A stretch of DNA of 64,000 nucleotides from Octopus sinensis (taxonomy: Eukaryota). The stretch is taken from assembly GCF_006345805.1 (NCBI RefSeq), contig NC_043011.1, forward strand, positions 9,982,001 to 10,046,000, written 5' to 3'. The translations under genes and the position numbers were made by a program. The notes below the pieces were generated by a model. It had not been told where the DNA came from. It did not search any database and was given only the letters and a program-made list of their open reading frames with translations. Positions 1 to 47,595 of the stretch are shown piece after piece. Position 1 is the first letter of the stretch, and every line of letters starts with the position of its first letter.

Positions 1-991
1 AGGGTTATAATATTGAGTTGTCTCCCTTTACTCAACTGAACCATTTGATCCGTTTGTGTAGTTTGAACACTCACGCGCGCGGCTGTCTGTGTGTGTGTGT
101 GGTGTGTGTGTGTGTGTGTATGTGTATGTGTGTGTGTGTGTTTGGGTACAGAAATCACTTTTGTTGGTGGGAAAAGAACATCCAGTTTTGGCTGTAATAA
201 AAGCAATGGATGATAGACACCACATCTTATCTCAACAACATTACCAGTTCTGTTTTAAATAAATGTTTGCAACTGCTCACACACACACACACGCAGAGGC
301 GCCACCCCCACAACACTCACCACCATCACTGCTCCTACCACAGTCGTTACGACTCTCTCTTCTTTACACCTTATGGCAATAACTGGTGGGAGCACTGTGT
401 ATTTGACAAGTGTTTCAGCTTAGTATCAGATTCAAATCCTGGCATGGAGACATAAAGTGAGATTAAGCAGGGTGAGGGGATTAAAGGGAATGGTCAGCCA
501 GGGAGTATGGGGTAGATGAGACATGTGGTATCATGTAATATGATGCGTTAGATGTAGAATAAAGCTGGACTGGATTAACAGGAGTGACTGATGAATAAAA
601 TCAGTCAAGTAGATACTGACCAAAGATATCATCATCATCATCATCATTTCCCCCACCCCCACCTCCTAGCATTGTGGGCAGCATCATTGTTACAAATCAA
701 CTCAGTGTGACACTACTAGGTACTGTTACACTGTAACGCTGCTCTGTTACATCTGGCCTTGACGTGTTGTCATCTCTGAGGCTGGATCCAGAGACAGTTT
801 CAAAGACCTATGGACAATACTGACATCGGACAAACAATATTTTGCAGCCCACAATTCCGTTGCATGAAAACTTCTGGACAAAAGATATTCAATAAACAAC
901 AACAACAACAACAACCTTTCAGTTACTGAGAACAGAGTGAGTTTTGGAGATCTGTCTGATCCCCACATCATAGAACAAATATACACATGTT

Positions 992-1260
992 TGTATGTAT
1001 GTATGTATGTATGTACGTACGTACGTACGTACGTATGTATGTATGTATGTATGTACGTACGTATGTATCAATGTATGTATGTATGTATGCATGCATGCAT
1101 GCATGTATGTATGTGTGTGTATGTGTGTGTATATATGTGTGAATGTATGTATGTTTGTATGTATGTATGAATGTATGTATAAATGTATGTATGTATGTAT
1201 GTATATGTATGTTTGTATGTAGGAATGTATGTATGTACGTATGTATGTAAGCATGTATGT
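992..1260. repeat. Compound (TATG)n/(TACG)n/(TGCA)n microsatellite
   Basis: Direct reading; source of spurious YV/HT-rich ORFs. Confidence 0.95.
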
Positions 1261-1710
1261 ATTGTGTGTAAATATGTGCACTAAAACACTAATATGAAAA
1301 CACCATCAACACACACACACACACACATATTTATATATGAATTAACAAACAAACATTAATTTATAATTTTGCCTTTTACAAAATGGCTTCCAGAAAGTGT
1401 GAAGCTCTTTTTTAAGTGAGGCAGTTTTAAATGTCCAAGAGAATTGTAATTGTTAGTCTGTCATTATTATATATCTAATAAGCTGACCTGCCACCTCTTG
1501 TTATTGCAGGTTGAAGGAGGCAGTTGAAACAAAACTCTGAACACACCCAACAGCAGACTAGTTTTGTAGAAGCAGTCAAGATATGAAGAGAATTTGGAAG
1601 CTCACACAGCAATAAAAGTTTGGTTTTAAATGAGACAAAAATGCCACAGAAATTTATGAAATACTCCACACTTACTTCATTTACATTATTTACATTTGAC
1701 GGATATGCCC

Positions 1711-1982
1711 ATGGGCATATGGCATAGTGGTTAAGAGTGCACGCTACTAACCCCAAGATTCAAAGTTCGATTCCAAGCACTGGCCTGAACAATAATAATA
1801 ATAATAACAACAACATCGAAAAATACCTTAGGAATGAGAACCCAGGTTCGAAATTTCCCCAAGACACCTGATGAAGGCTGGGGGTATATCAGCCGAAACA
1901 TTGTGTTAACAACAAACAAGATGAGGACAAATATCCGTCATAATGTAAATAAAGTACATAATTCCTCATCTCTTAAATATAG
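1711..1982 (+). mobile_element. tRNA-headed SINE-like element with a Penelope-like 3' part carrying a hammerhead motif
   Basis: A-box TGGCATAGTGG (1720-1730), B-box GTTCGATTCC (1765-1774), internal (AAT)n, then CTGATGA...GAAAC motif at 1868-1899. Confidence 0.75.
1863..1907 (+). ncRNA. Minimal type I hammerhead ribozyme motif (Penelope type), probably inactivated
   Basis: GACAC-CTGATGA-A-GGCTG(ggggtatat)CAGCC-GAAAC-AT-T-GTGTT. Helix I GACAC/GTGTT, helix II 5 bp perfect, helix III ACAT is ACGT with one CpG-type change. Confidence 0.75.
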
Positions 1983-2019
1983 TACTCCAGACTTGTATGA
2001 ACCTGATATCTGCTTTTTG

Positions 2020-2260
2020 CTGGCACAAGAGGCCGGACAAAGTAAGTCCACTGGGAAACTCAGAAAGGATCCCCTTTTTCAATAGCAAGGGCATCATCTG
2101 CATCCACTGTACTCCCTCTGGCCAGATGGTCAACAAAAGTTTTGAGGGAGTTCAGGAAGAGATTTCATCACAAAAGGTCAGAGTTCTTCCATTTGGGTTG
2201 GAGGCACCTGCACCACAAGACAATGCACTAGTCCACAATTCCATAATGGTAACCAAGTAG
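2020..2260 (+). mobile_element. Mariner-type transposase fragment (catalytic domain, decayed)
   Basis: Frameshifted translation ..QSKSTGKL..PFFNSKGIICIHCTPSGQMVN...QDNALVH resembles mariner motifs (KGIxH...PxGQTVN; HDNAPAH). Confidence 0.7.
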
Positions 2261-2274
2261 AAAAGCAGACAAAT

Positions 2275-3060
2275 TACTGATCTCTTCAGGAAGATGGCCC
2301 TGCTGGGTAAGTAGAAAAAATGTAGGTAGAAATTGCACAGGGTGTACCAAGTGCAAGCAAACAATGCAGAGATAAGAGGTGGAGTGGTATGAGGGGAAGG
2401 TTAACAGAGAAAGTCGTCACTAAGTGTGACAGATGCGCAGGTACAATAAACACCAGGAATGTACAGGAAACAGACTTTTTCAAATGTCCAGGAGGATCCT
2501 TAAGAAGTGGTTGATAGCTCCTGCTATCTACTAGGGAACCAAGTTAGCAGTGGAAGAAAATGTTCTGAAAGTGCAGTTGCTAGAATAAGTATGGGCAAGG
2601 CAAATTTCTGAGAGCTGCTACATTTGTTGGTAACAAAGGGCCTCTCCCTCAGAGTGAAAGGTAGATTGTATGATGCCTGTGTATGAAAAGCTATGCTACA
2701 TCACAGTGAAACATGGGCCAAGACTGCAGGGGACATGTGAAGGCTTGGAAGAAATGAAGCCAGCATGCTCCACTGGATGGGTAATGCTCGTGTGGATATA
2801 TGGCAGTATGTTAAGAGACAAAAATGTGTGTAAGAGGCATCAGATGTCGTGCAGAAGAGAGAAAACTGTGCTAATGTGAACATGAGGTGCATATGGATGA
2901 GGACAGCCATATCGAGAAAAGCGAATCTGCAATTGTGGAGGGAAGCTGTGGAAGAAGTGGGATGAAATGGTGAGAAACGATCTTTGGAGATGACAACGGA
3001 CCGAGACTTCTGGCAATTCCCTGTACTTGAGAAGACATATCAAGCTAAGTATAACTGTGA
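2275..3060 (+). mobile_element. RTE LINE (family 1) decayed 3' ORF fragment
   Basis: Homologous to the reverse complement of 40800-41620 (gaagatggccctgc; ggcctctccctcagagtgaaaggtagattgtatgatgcctgtgta). Confidence 0.85.
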
Positions 3061-3315
3061 CAGGCCATGCCCTCCACCCCTTGCAGTCTGTCCACAACCC
3101 ATTTCCCCCCACTACCCTCCCTCATCCTGTCCCTCCTTCCAATGCCCGTCTGCATACTCACATATCTACCATACCCCACTCATTCATCAATTGCTAGGCT
3201 CACCTCTCCGCCATCTTCAAACAGCTCCCTTCAAAACTCTTATGAAATATCCACCTCTCTCCCCTCCCTGTCACTGCTACATGTGGGTTGGTCCCAATGC
3301 ATCTCTAATACCACC

Positions 3316-3365
<50 letters not shown>

Positions 3366-3529
3366 TCTCTCTCTAATTCTATCTCCTCCCTTTTCTCACA
3401 GACCTGGTCAAGTATCTCCTCCATTCTAACACATCTCTCTCTTTCTCCTATTTTACTCTCACCCCTCACCTGGCACACAACCACTTCCTTCTCTTTCTCT
3501 CTCTCTAAGTTGAGAAGGGTTTCATCTCA

Positions 3530-3755
3530 CAAGCTGCTTGGTGACCCTGCTGCTGCTGCCGGTGCCATGTAAAAAGCACTAATGCTAGTGTCACAGAAAA
3601 ACAAGCACCCAGCTGACACTCTGTTGAGTGGTTGGCATTAGGAAGGGCATCCAGCCATAGAAACCATTCCAAAGCAGACATCGGAGCCTGGTACAGCTCT
3701 CCAGCCTCGCCAGCTCCTCTCAACCCGTCCAACCCACACCAGCATGATGATGACA
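3530..3755 (+). mobile_element. RTE family 1 3' UTR tail fragment
   Basis: ggcattaggaagggcatccagccatagaaacc...tccaaccca..cagcatgatgatga, the tail shared with other copies. Confidence 0.75.
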
Positions 3756-4128
3756 TATCTGTATACAAAAGCACAATTATACTGTACACACACACACACA
3801 CACACACTACTGCTACACATGCACACACACACACACCAACCAAAGTGGGGGCTCACAAGTAAGTAGGACCTACAAAAAACAATGACTATATGTCACTCAA
3901 ATCACATACTTCTCTCTTGAGAAATGAAGGACACATTAGATAATGTACTCCTAGATACATTAAGTCTAAATAAAATTATTATGATGACAGTTCATCATTG
4001 ATTCTAGTTCAGCTGTATCAGGGATGACTTAGGATTAACAACAACAAGGCATACACATATTTACTTAATCATATACACACAAAAAACATCTACATCAACA
4101 TATACATACATGTATATATATATAAAGG

Positions 4129-4187
<59 letters not shown>

Positions 4188-4471
4188 TATATATATCACT
4201 TTGTTAATGTTATTTCTACAGATATTCTATAGAAATTAGTCAGCAGTGGTTTTTTGCTACAGACCAAACATGAAAAATAGGTAATGTGTGCCTATGCCAC
4301 ATTGCAGGGGGTTTTTGCCCCTTTCATCAGCTCCCATCTGACCCTTTAATCACCCTTGATCACATTGCTTAAATAGCCACCACACATAGCGGTGTATAGT
4401 TATTGGACTGACCAATTTACATATTAAATGCATTCCTGAAGGTTGGTACATAAACATTAATAATTTGGAGA

Positions 4472-4850
4472 CACGTGGTGCTTTGTTATGCAACCATTCT
4501 ATGTCATAAAATATATTAAATGTTTTTATAAGTCAATACCACGTTCTACTGTGTGTTGAGGGATGATTAATGGATTAGATGGGTGATGCTGAAGGGAGGA
4601 AAAAACCCAAAATATGGCAAATACGTTCATTACCCATTTTTCATCTTTGATCTCTTTGTTTGTTTACATCTGACATCTCGATACGAAATGTTGTAGCAAA
4701 CAATGAGAGTTGGCAAACAGTTCCATAGAATATCTGCTGCAGAAACAACCGTAACAAAATAATGTAACACAAAACAGACGTGGTTTTCACTTATAAAAAC
4801 ATTTAATATACTTTATAGTATATTATGGTTGCATAACAAAATACCATGTA
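4472..4850. mobile_element. MITE-like non-autonomous DNA transposon (~380 bp, 62-bp TIRs)
   Basis: 4472-4533 matches the reverse complement of 4789-4850 at 52/62 (hand count), with perfect runs of 16 and 22 bp; no ORF inside. Confidence 0.8.
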
Positions 4851-4874
4851 CCTACAATTCATTAATATATATAC

Positions 4875-4932
<58 letters not shown>

Positions 4933-5566
4933 AAATATATAAGGGAAGGAGCTCTTTTGTCAGACATCATTTTAGCAACCTGACTAAATTATTTGTAAAC
5001 CATTTTCTCTGATTTTCCAAGTCAGTTTTGAATTAATTCTGGGATTTTACAGAATCAAAGTTGGAAGACAATGGACCAATGTTTGGCCAGTGTTAATATT
5101 ACACAAACATAAAAAGAACATCGACTTTAATATCTTAAAGAAAATGGTTAAAAATAATTTGGCATCAGATTTTTAGGAAAACATACATTTATGTTGCTAC
5201 AAAACTACAAAACATTCTCAAGTTGGTGGATTAAAACTAAAAATAGTCACTTGGTGAATACAGTAGATGGATTTAGGAAAGAGATTAAGGAAGTAGACAC
5301 AGTGAATGGCTAATGATAATGGAGATGGGACTACATGCAATGGTTCTTACCTTGATAGAAGACATCTGGGAATAATGAAAATATGATGGAATGAGATGAG
5401 AGGAAACAAATTGGTGAATGGAACATTACAAACAATTTTAATTTGTCTTAATTGGAAAAATTTAACATTATACAAAGTTAGAAATATTAAATCTTGTTTT
5501 TACTCATCAACATAAAAAAAAAACACATTACAAACCAGTTCATGATAACAAAATACTCACTCTGCC

Positions 5567-5619
<53 letters not shown>

Positions 5620-5769
5620 ATTATTCATGAGATTCCAGACAACAATCATACAGAATGAGAAACTCTGAGAAGCAACAGAGAGAATCATCAGCTTTCAATG
5701 AATACAGAAACTACGAAATCCATTGAGTATCCTACACGTGCAAGCACACACACATACACCCCCCCCCTA

Positions 5770-5960
5770 GCTCAGGGCCAGCAAGCTAGGGAGATGGAGT
5801 AAGTTGAGCATGTTGACCCCAGTGTACAAATGGTACTCATCTTATGGACCCCCAAAAGGATGAAAGGCAAAGTTAACCTCAGCAGAATTTGAACTAAGAA
5901 TGTAAAGAGAGACAAAAATCCACAAAGCATTTAGCCCAACACGCTAATGATGCCCCAGCC
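5770..5960 (-). mobile_element. tRNA-derived SINE, family B, decayed
   Basis: Reverse complement matches 15207-15440 (ttctgagttcaaattc..gaggtc.actttgcctttcatcctt). Confidence 0.7.
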
Positions 5961-6743
5961 CATCCCTTTATTCAAAGCCAAAATAATGGACCCACCACTT
6001 TTTATTTAAAACTGTTCTAGCCAATACACACCATATTTACCAGGGTACACTTCTCTATTTTTGAATGTATCAAAAAATTGGCCCTCATCTTATGCATCCA
6101 TCTGACAGATGAGGGACTAAGTGTTGTATGCTCGAGAAATGGAAAAACATAAGTCTGATAGGTGCAATAATTGATATAAATAAATGAAATATTGAAAAGA
6201 AGCAGAAATATTAGAGTCTGCTAGTCTGCTTCCCCAACATACATAACACACACCTGATATGGCTTACATTATTTAAGGACAGTGTTATCTTTAAGAAATG
6301 TTTGCTTCTTATTTAAGAGAAAAATTCTCCAAGGAAGATGAAAGGAATGTTAAATTTTCATCCACATATCTGCTATTTGTATCAAGTAGATGATAACAAA
6401 ACCATAGCAACGGAGAACCACCCTGATGACTGATCCCAGTAACACAAACCATCAACCAGAAAAAATGCATTTTACATTTTGTATGGCAGTTCACTTGACC
6501 AAAATATAAACAACTCCACTGTTGATCTGAAAGAAGATAAACTTAACTACTCTCAGAACGGAGTTCCTTTGTGATAAATTTATTGTTTTGTATTCCAGTC
6601 TACCACAACAATCTTACAATCTCCCGTACAAAACTACTTCCAAATATCTTTCAGCAAGTGTATGGATAAAACCTAAACAGTTTGGCTCCTTTCACAAAAT
6701 ATACTCAGCACAAAAACGTGTGCCCCGTGCAAGACTGCATCTT

Positions 6744-7560
6744 ATACACTCGCAGACATAGCAAGTATTATGTATGCCTTGTATTTCATGATATAGTTGT
6801 CTCCTTTGCAGATATTTATATGTAAATGAATTAAAATGTATGACTTATTTAATTTCCAAAGAGGACAAATTGTTGGAGCACAGATGGCTGGGGTGTCACT
6901 CACTAAAACAGCTGAATTGATTACTGTTTTGAGAAATACGGTCTCTAAAATCATGTTGCCATTCCAATATGAAGATAAAACCAGTTCCAGCAAGCATAAT
7001 TCTGGATGGAAGGCAAAGCTCAAAGCTCACAGATACAGCAGACTAGTGAAACATATTGCATCCAAAAAGCATCAAAGGACAGCAGAGAAAAGCAGCAACT
7101 TATTGACCAAAATCATTCCTTGTGAGCTCCTTAAAGGTGAATGCCATCGGAAGGTTTCAATTGCTAACCTGTTCCTGTTCTCCATCAATATCAACAGACA
7201 TGGTCTTTGGCTCAATGAAATAACGCCATCTTCTCTGCAGAATCCTCATTCACCCTTCGACCCATTTTGGAATGAGTTTAAGTCTGAAAACAGCTCAAAG
7301 AAACCTTTAAATCTGACTGTTTGACTCCTAGCATGAAGCATCGAGATGGCTCAGTGAAGGTTTCAGCACCCATATCATGGAATTCACTCAATCCTTTCAT
7401 TGTTTTATATAGCAGATCTAATGCCAAGGATTACCTGAGTATTTTGGCTGACCATGTCCATTCTATGGTACAAACATTGCTTCCTGATGGCAATGCAAGC
7501 TTCCAAGATGACAATGCACTGATTCACAAGGATGATGTTATTCAAAATTGATATGCAGAG
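6744..7560 (+). mobile_element. Tc1-like transposon remnant (internally deleted, frameshifted)
   Basis: ORF 6836..7324 DLFNFQRGQIVGAQMAGVSLTKTAEL...SGWKAKL (Tc1 HTH) and ORF 7321..7551 PSMKHRDGSV...ILADHVHSMVQTLLPDGNASFQDDNALIH (Tc1 DDE region). The left boundary is approximate. Confidence 0.85.
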
Positions 7561-10505
7561 GATAAAAGTGAAGCCTTGTGACCATGCTGGAGCAAAACCT
7601 TCAAAAGTTCAAGTTGAGATTATAATGATTGCAGCACTTTATTTTATTGATCCTATAATGGTCAAACAATAACGTCCAACTTGAAATAAAGAGACATTTT
7701 ATATAAGACAGTAAACATTTACAAAAGAAGTATATTTGCCACTTAAATGTGTCTAACCCTTAAGGGTGGATGCTACTATAGCTTGTAGCCCCAGGAGGAC
7801 ACCTCCTCCAGCTGGCTATTGACACACTTTCTGTGCCCTATCAGTATTTGCAAAGGGAAGCCATCCTTCTCGTCTTCTACCTGACATGAGACACACGGAC
7901 CCGGGTTTCTGAGTACAGAGATTTATTATTGCTTATTTACAAAAGAAAAACCCTGAAATTGTAATCAGAGACATGTGTCAGTCATACATGAGTCAGTCAG
8001 CAACACATGTGCCAGCAATACATGAGTCACTAACAGGAGTCAATAACGAGTCACAAACATGTCAGCAATGTCTGTGCTAGCCTCAGTAATGTGTCAGTCC
8101 AGTGCATGTTTGTCAGTACTTCATCTGTGGCTGTGTTCGTACTTTAAGTGCCAGTACTTTGATTTAGCATTAGTTTATAAAGGAAGATAGCTTTCAGAAG
8201 GATTTGTTATATTTTTACTTTCTTTTTGTTGATGTTGTTGTTGCTGGTGGTGGCAATGTAGATCACTAAAAAGAAATCTAATATAAGGGTTCCGTTTAAT
8301 GAACTTCAGTAAAATGGTAAAACAACCAGAAGTAATTTAGTTTGTAATTAAAATACTTCAAATGTAAGAGAATATGGAGCCTCAAATGAAGTAATTTGGT
8401 AACTCTGACAAATGAGTGATTGTTCACCTTTATGTCATTAATCGTTGATAGACAGAGAATGGTAAAGATCAGAAAATAGCAAAACATTTTTATCATTAAT
8501 TATTTCATCCTAGAAGAAAAACCGTAAGGATTTCTCATATAAAACACCAAGAGATGTTGATCTGACCAATCCCCATGCAGAGATGGGGGGGGGGAGAGAG
8601 AGAGACGAGACTTGAAATTTACAAAATTTTTAACTAAATTTATAATTGCCATATTATCATCATCATCGTCATCATCCTCTGCTAACGTCCATCTTCCAAG
8701 CCAGTACAGGTCAGGCCTCTCTCACACATACAAACATTCAGACTCCAAACAACAATTTGGTGAACACCCAAAAGACGAACAAACCGAAAATATTATTACA
8801 CTTGCAGAGTTAATAATTGCCATGGAGTCTGCAAAATGGGTTCTTTCATCTTTTCCTGTTCAGTGGAATAACATTTATCAAAATGAAGAGAAGACAATTA
8901 AGGGATAGCTACAAAAAGAATTCTGGTTCGGTATTAAGTGGATGAAATGAAGGAATGCGATTGATTGAAGGCAAAATACGTGACCAGCCGGAAGAGAGTG
9001 GAAAGTGGAAAGTCGATTAAGAAGAAAAGAGGCAAGTTTGTTGATATAAAGCCTGACTAGAAGAGAGAACAATTATATAACATTAATATGGAGAACTAAT
9101 TGAAACAATCAGAAGATAGTTTCTGGGAAATATTGGAATCATGAGATAAGAACATGATTTGTGGCCTTCGTCAGGATTAACTGGCGGAGGGGGGGGGGGC
9201 GATTACTTGGTGGTGTTTGGATTTTTACAAGAATATTTTATTGTAAAATGGTGAAAACATAGATAAACAGCAGTTATTTGATGAATATAAATATGTATTT
9301 AAATTAATAGGATAACAGTTTAGAGAGAGAAAATTAGAGTTAACGAACAAAGACATTTTCTATAAAATACAAGATCAATGACATATATTCCAATCAATAG
9401 TTAATTAGGTATATTGAATATTAACGATCTGGTTCCTCTATCACAATAAATTGAATTTCTAAGTAAAAAGAAACAAAAATAGACATAAACAAAAAGATAC
9501 ACAACGAAGGATCCTAAACTAATTAATGTGTGTAGAATGAAATTGTAGCAGTAACCTAAATAATTTAATTAATTTAGAAAGGTTAAGAATAAGGTTATTT
9601 CATTATGGAAAGGTGTTCAGTTTTAATCCTGTTCAACTGTTTTATTCGAATTATAAAATTCTACAATACAAAAAAGCATCTCTTAAGAAAGACCTCAACA
9701 TGTCTCAAACGATCAGTTGTCTTTCATAGCGAAATTCACTTAAAGAACAAACGATTAACCAGGGAGGGGGGGGGTATCCACATAAAATAAACAAAAAAAA
9801 AATAGAGAAAAAAACCCCGATAGTTTGACAGAGATGGTAACTCAAAGATGTATTTGAAGATGTTGAAATGTTGTGTAGATAAGAAAAAAAAGAAAACCAA
9901 GATTATTTCGTTATAATGAGTGCAATGATGAAATAACTGGAACAGCAGAACGATTGAGGAACTGAAGAATATTCACCGAGAAAAGCAGTCAAACTAATTC
10001 TACAAAGTATTTTAGTTGAGAATCATGGTACAACAGACATGGCGTAATGTTAGTAGCAGTATAGCTTTGTCCTGAGCCTCACATATCAAACAAAATATTA
10101 ATTAAAACAGTGGGGTTAGGGTTACTAGATAATTTCATTAATTATTTCTCCCTACAATCACAAGTTGTCCCAACAGAAAGGTTCAGACTCAAACAGACCT
10201 CAGCATTCAGGGGACAAAACTCAACCCCCCCCTCTATGTTAGGGTGAGAAGGAGTAACATATGGTGGAGGGGGGGTTAGTAGAAGTAAACAAATATTTCA
10301 AGCTGTGAAACTCCCAGTAAAACACTCCTCAGAGTTTGTCACTTGACAGAGTTGAAGTAAAACACTAAACTCCTTTCCTTACGTGACAACATCACACACC
10401 ATCACACATCTAGAGAGTAACATCAAGTGTACTCCTGAGAGGAAGATAATAAAGTTCCATTTGTTTAATGTCTTCATCTAATACACCACACAAACACACT
10501 GGTTA

Positions 10506-44932
<34,427 letters not shown>

Positions 44933-45037
44933 CTGAAAGAAAGAGAAGAGAAGAAAAAACACATAAATATCACTTGGTTTTGTTTTTTATATAAATACAT
45001 ACAAACATATCTTTCTTTTACTTGTTTCAATTATTAA

Positions 45038-45195
45038 ACTGTGGCCAGACTGGGGCAATGCCTTGAAGAATTTTAGTCAAACAAATCAACCCCAGTGCTT
45101 CATATCTTTTTAAAACTGGGTACTTATTCTATTGGTCTCTTTTGCCGAACCACTAAGTTATGCAGATATAATCACATCAACACCAGTCAGCAAGC
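45038..45195 (-). mobile_element. SINE family A tail
   Basis: Reverse complement of 15950-16100 (tacttattctattggtctctt; aaacaaatcaacccc). Confidence 0.7.
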
Positions 45196-45201
45196 ATTGG
45201 A

Positions 45202-45244
<43 letters not shown>

Positions 45245-45741
45245 CAGTCAAACCACCAAACCAATCCCAGCATGGAAAATGGACATTAACTGATTGATAA
45301 TGATTATCTATATATATATATATATACGAGCAAAACGCCCCCTCCCCGTCCAATGGATGGTGCTGAGTTGTCAAACATTTAAACCAAATTTTCTCAAAAT
45401 AATTTGTCTGACCGTCCCATATGCCCCCCTCTTTACAAAACACTGATTTAACCTAAATTTGAGACACTGTGCATTTTTCTCGTGTATGCGTAGTATCGAT
45501 CACAGCAGCTGATGTACTTGCACGTACAAATGTACGTTCCCATGGATTTATCGATCGCATTCTCACCTGGAATCATCATCATCGTTTAACGTCTGCTTTC
45601 CATGCTAGCATGGGTTGGACGATTTGATTTTTCTAATTTATTCAAGACTTATACACGCCCTGGTACCATTGGTATCTACATGTCAAATTTGAGTGCTGCC
45701 AGAGATCCTAGAAGACACATAGACAGACAGAGAGAACAGAT

Positions 45742-45742
45742 T

Positions 45743-45790
<48 letters not shown>

Positions 45791-45792
45791 CA

Positions 45793-45876
<84 letters not shown>

Positions 45877-45883
45877 TATATAT

Positions 45884-45950
<67 letters not shown>

Positions 45951-45951
45951 T
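45742..45951. repeat. Long interrupted (TA)n array
   Basis: Direct reading. Confidence 0.95.
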
Positions 45952-45962
45952 AAAAAAAAACC

Positions 45963-46293
45963 TATGTTCATGAATGATCATGAGATTGCACCTAGAAAGT
46001 TTCCCTGCAAGGTACAAGTCCAGACAAGCTTGTTTATGGAAGACCAGCTGTCATCCATGCACACCAGCCTCCCCTCTTCATGCCACCAAAGTTATCCAAG
46101 GGAAAAAAAGCAAAAGGGGCAATACAGCTTGGTACCAGTGATGTCGCAACTCATTTCTGCAGTTGAGTAGAATGGAGCAATGTGAAATAAAGAGTCTTGC
46201 TCAAGAACACAACACAGAACCCGGTCCAGGAATCAAACTCACTACCTCACGATTGTGAGTCCAATGCTCTATCTACTGAACCATGCACCTTCA
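45963..46293 (-). mobile_element. tRNA-derived SINE, family D
   Basis: Head on minus: gtgaaggtgcatggttcagtagatagagc...gagtttgattcctgg; body matches 34967-35215. Confidence 0.75.
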
Positions 46294-46339
46294 CATATAT
46301 ACAAATAGCCACACACACACAAACACACACACGAAGACA

Positions 46340-46490
46340 CACACGTATGCACATCAAGCTTCTTTCAGTTTCTATCTATTAAAGCTACTCACAAGGCTTT
46401 GGTTGGCCCAGGGCTATAGTAGAAGACTGTTGCCCAAGATGCCATGCAGTGGGACTGAACCTGGAATCATGTGGTTGAGAAGCAAACTGC
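46340..46490 (-). mobile_element. SINE family A head
   Basis: Reverse complement of 15612-15730 (aaccacatgattccaggttcagtcccactgcatggca.cttgggcaa). Confidence 0.8.
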
Positions 46491-47537
46491 TTATACATAT
46501 ATATATAAACAGAAGTAGAATAAGGTATTTTCGGTTGGTTCTCGACTCCTGATTTCAAACCAGTTCTGTTCTTAGAACTATCACACATTCGGAGAGAATT
46601 AATTGGCAATGATAAGAATAATGAATAACGATGTGAAGTCATTAAAAAATAATTTCTAAAACATAAAATTGAGGTCAGTTATTATAAATGTCGAGTTATT
46701 TCTATTTTTTTCCATTGAAGAATTAAATAGGTGTGGGTGTGGCGGGGTGTGTGTGTGCATAATGATGTCAATGTGTGCAGTAACTCATTAATCATCACTC
46801 TTGCTCTCCAATTTTCTGTGTTAGCAAAGGTTTTATGATTCTGCAATATAACACAGCAGTGATTTTACACTTCACTTAAAAAAAACAATTTGTTCAATTA
46901 GAGTAAAGAGTGCCTCAATGAAACAAAAAAGAAAAAAAACCATATAACTGATGAAGAAACAACATAGAAAAAGAAAGAACAACTCTTTAACATAATTGAA
47001 AGAAATTCTTGCAGAAAACGAGTCTCTTGTGAGATCAACAGTTTTCCTTTTCAATCCAAAATAACTTGGAGCATCAGCAGAGAAATAAGGAATGGAATGA
47101 AGACAGTTGTTACGGTTGTAATGAATGAGCAGCCGACGATGAAGGAATGGGGGATGAAAGCGAAGATAATTATAGTAATGAAGATTTTCATTTTGATGAT
47201 TCATTTCGATTCATGTAAATTGAACGGTTACTACAAAGAGGCTAAGAAGCAAGACCAACACACACACACACACACAAATAAACAAATAGACACATACATT
47301 CTCATATATAAAGCTATATATATATATATATAAATCTATTAATTTTGTTCTCAGCTGAAAGACAATTTCTTTGTTGGCAGCTAAGCCAGCATGTGGACAT
47401 GTGGGCATGTGGACATGTGGGCATGTGGGCATGTGTCATGCTGGCTTTGTTCTTCATCTTCCATCTGCTGCAGGTCATTCCTTTCAAACTGCTGACTGGC
47501 AGTCCCAACGACATGACTGTATGCTCACAGTCACAGC

Positions 47538-47595
<58 letters not shown>

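Noticed and set aside
1713-1780. tRNA gene-like sequence (also at 15168, 15207, 34967, 46230)
   Set aside because: A/B boxes are present, but there is no full cloverleaf and each continues into a repeated body; these are SINE heads.
4285-4340. Minus-strand CTGATGA with GGGG/CCCC stem
   Set aside because: GAAA is replaced by GCAA and helix I does not pair.
45561-45625. Strong donor CAG|GTGAGA next to an RTE tail fragment, as a possible alternative CASK first exon
   Set aside because: In the phase needed to join 44932 there is an upstream stop and no ATG; the ATG-bearing frame is out of frame.
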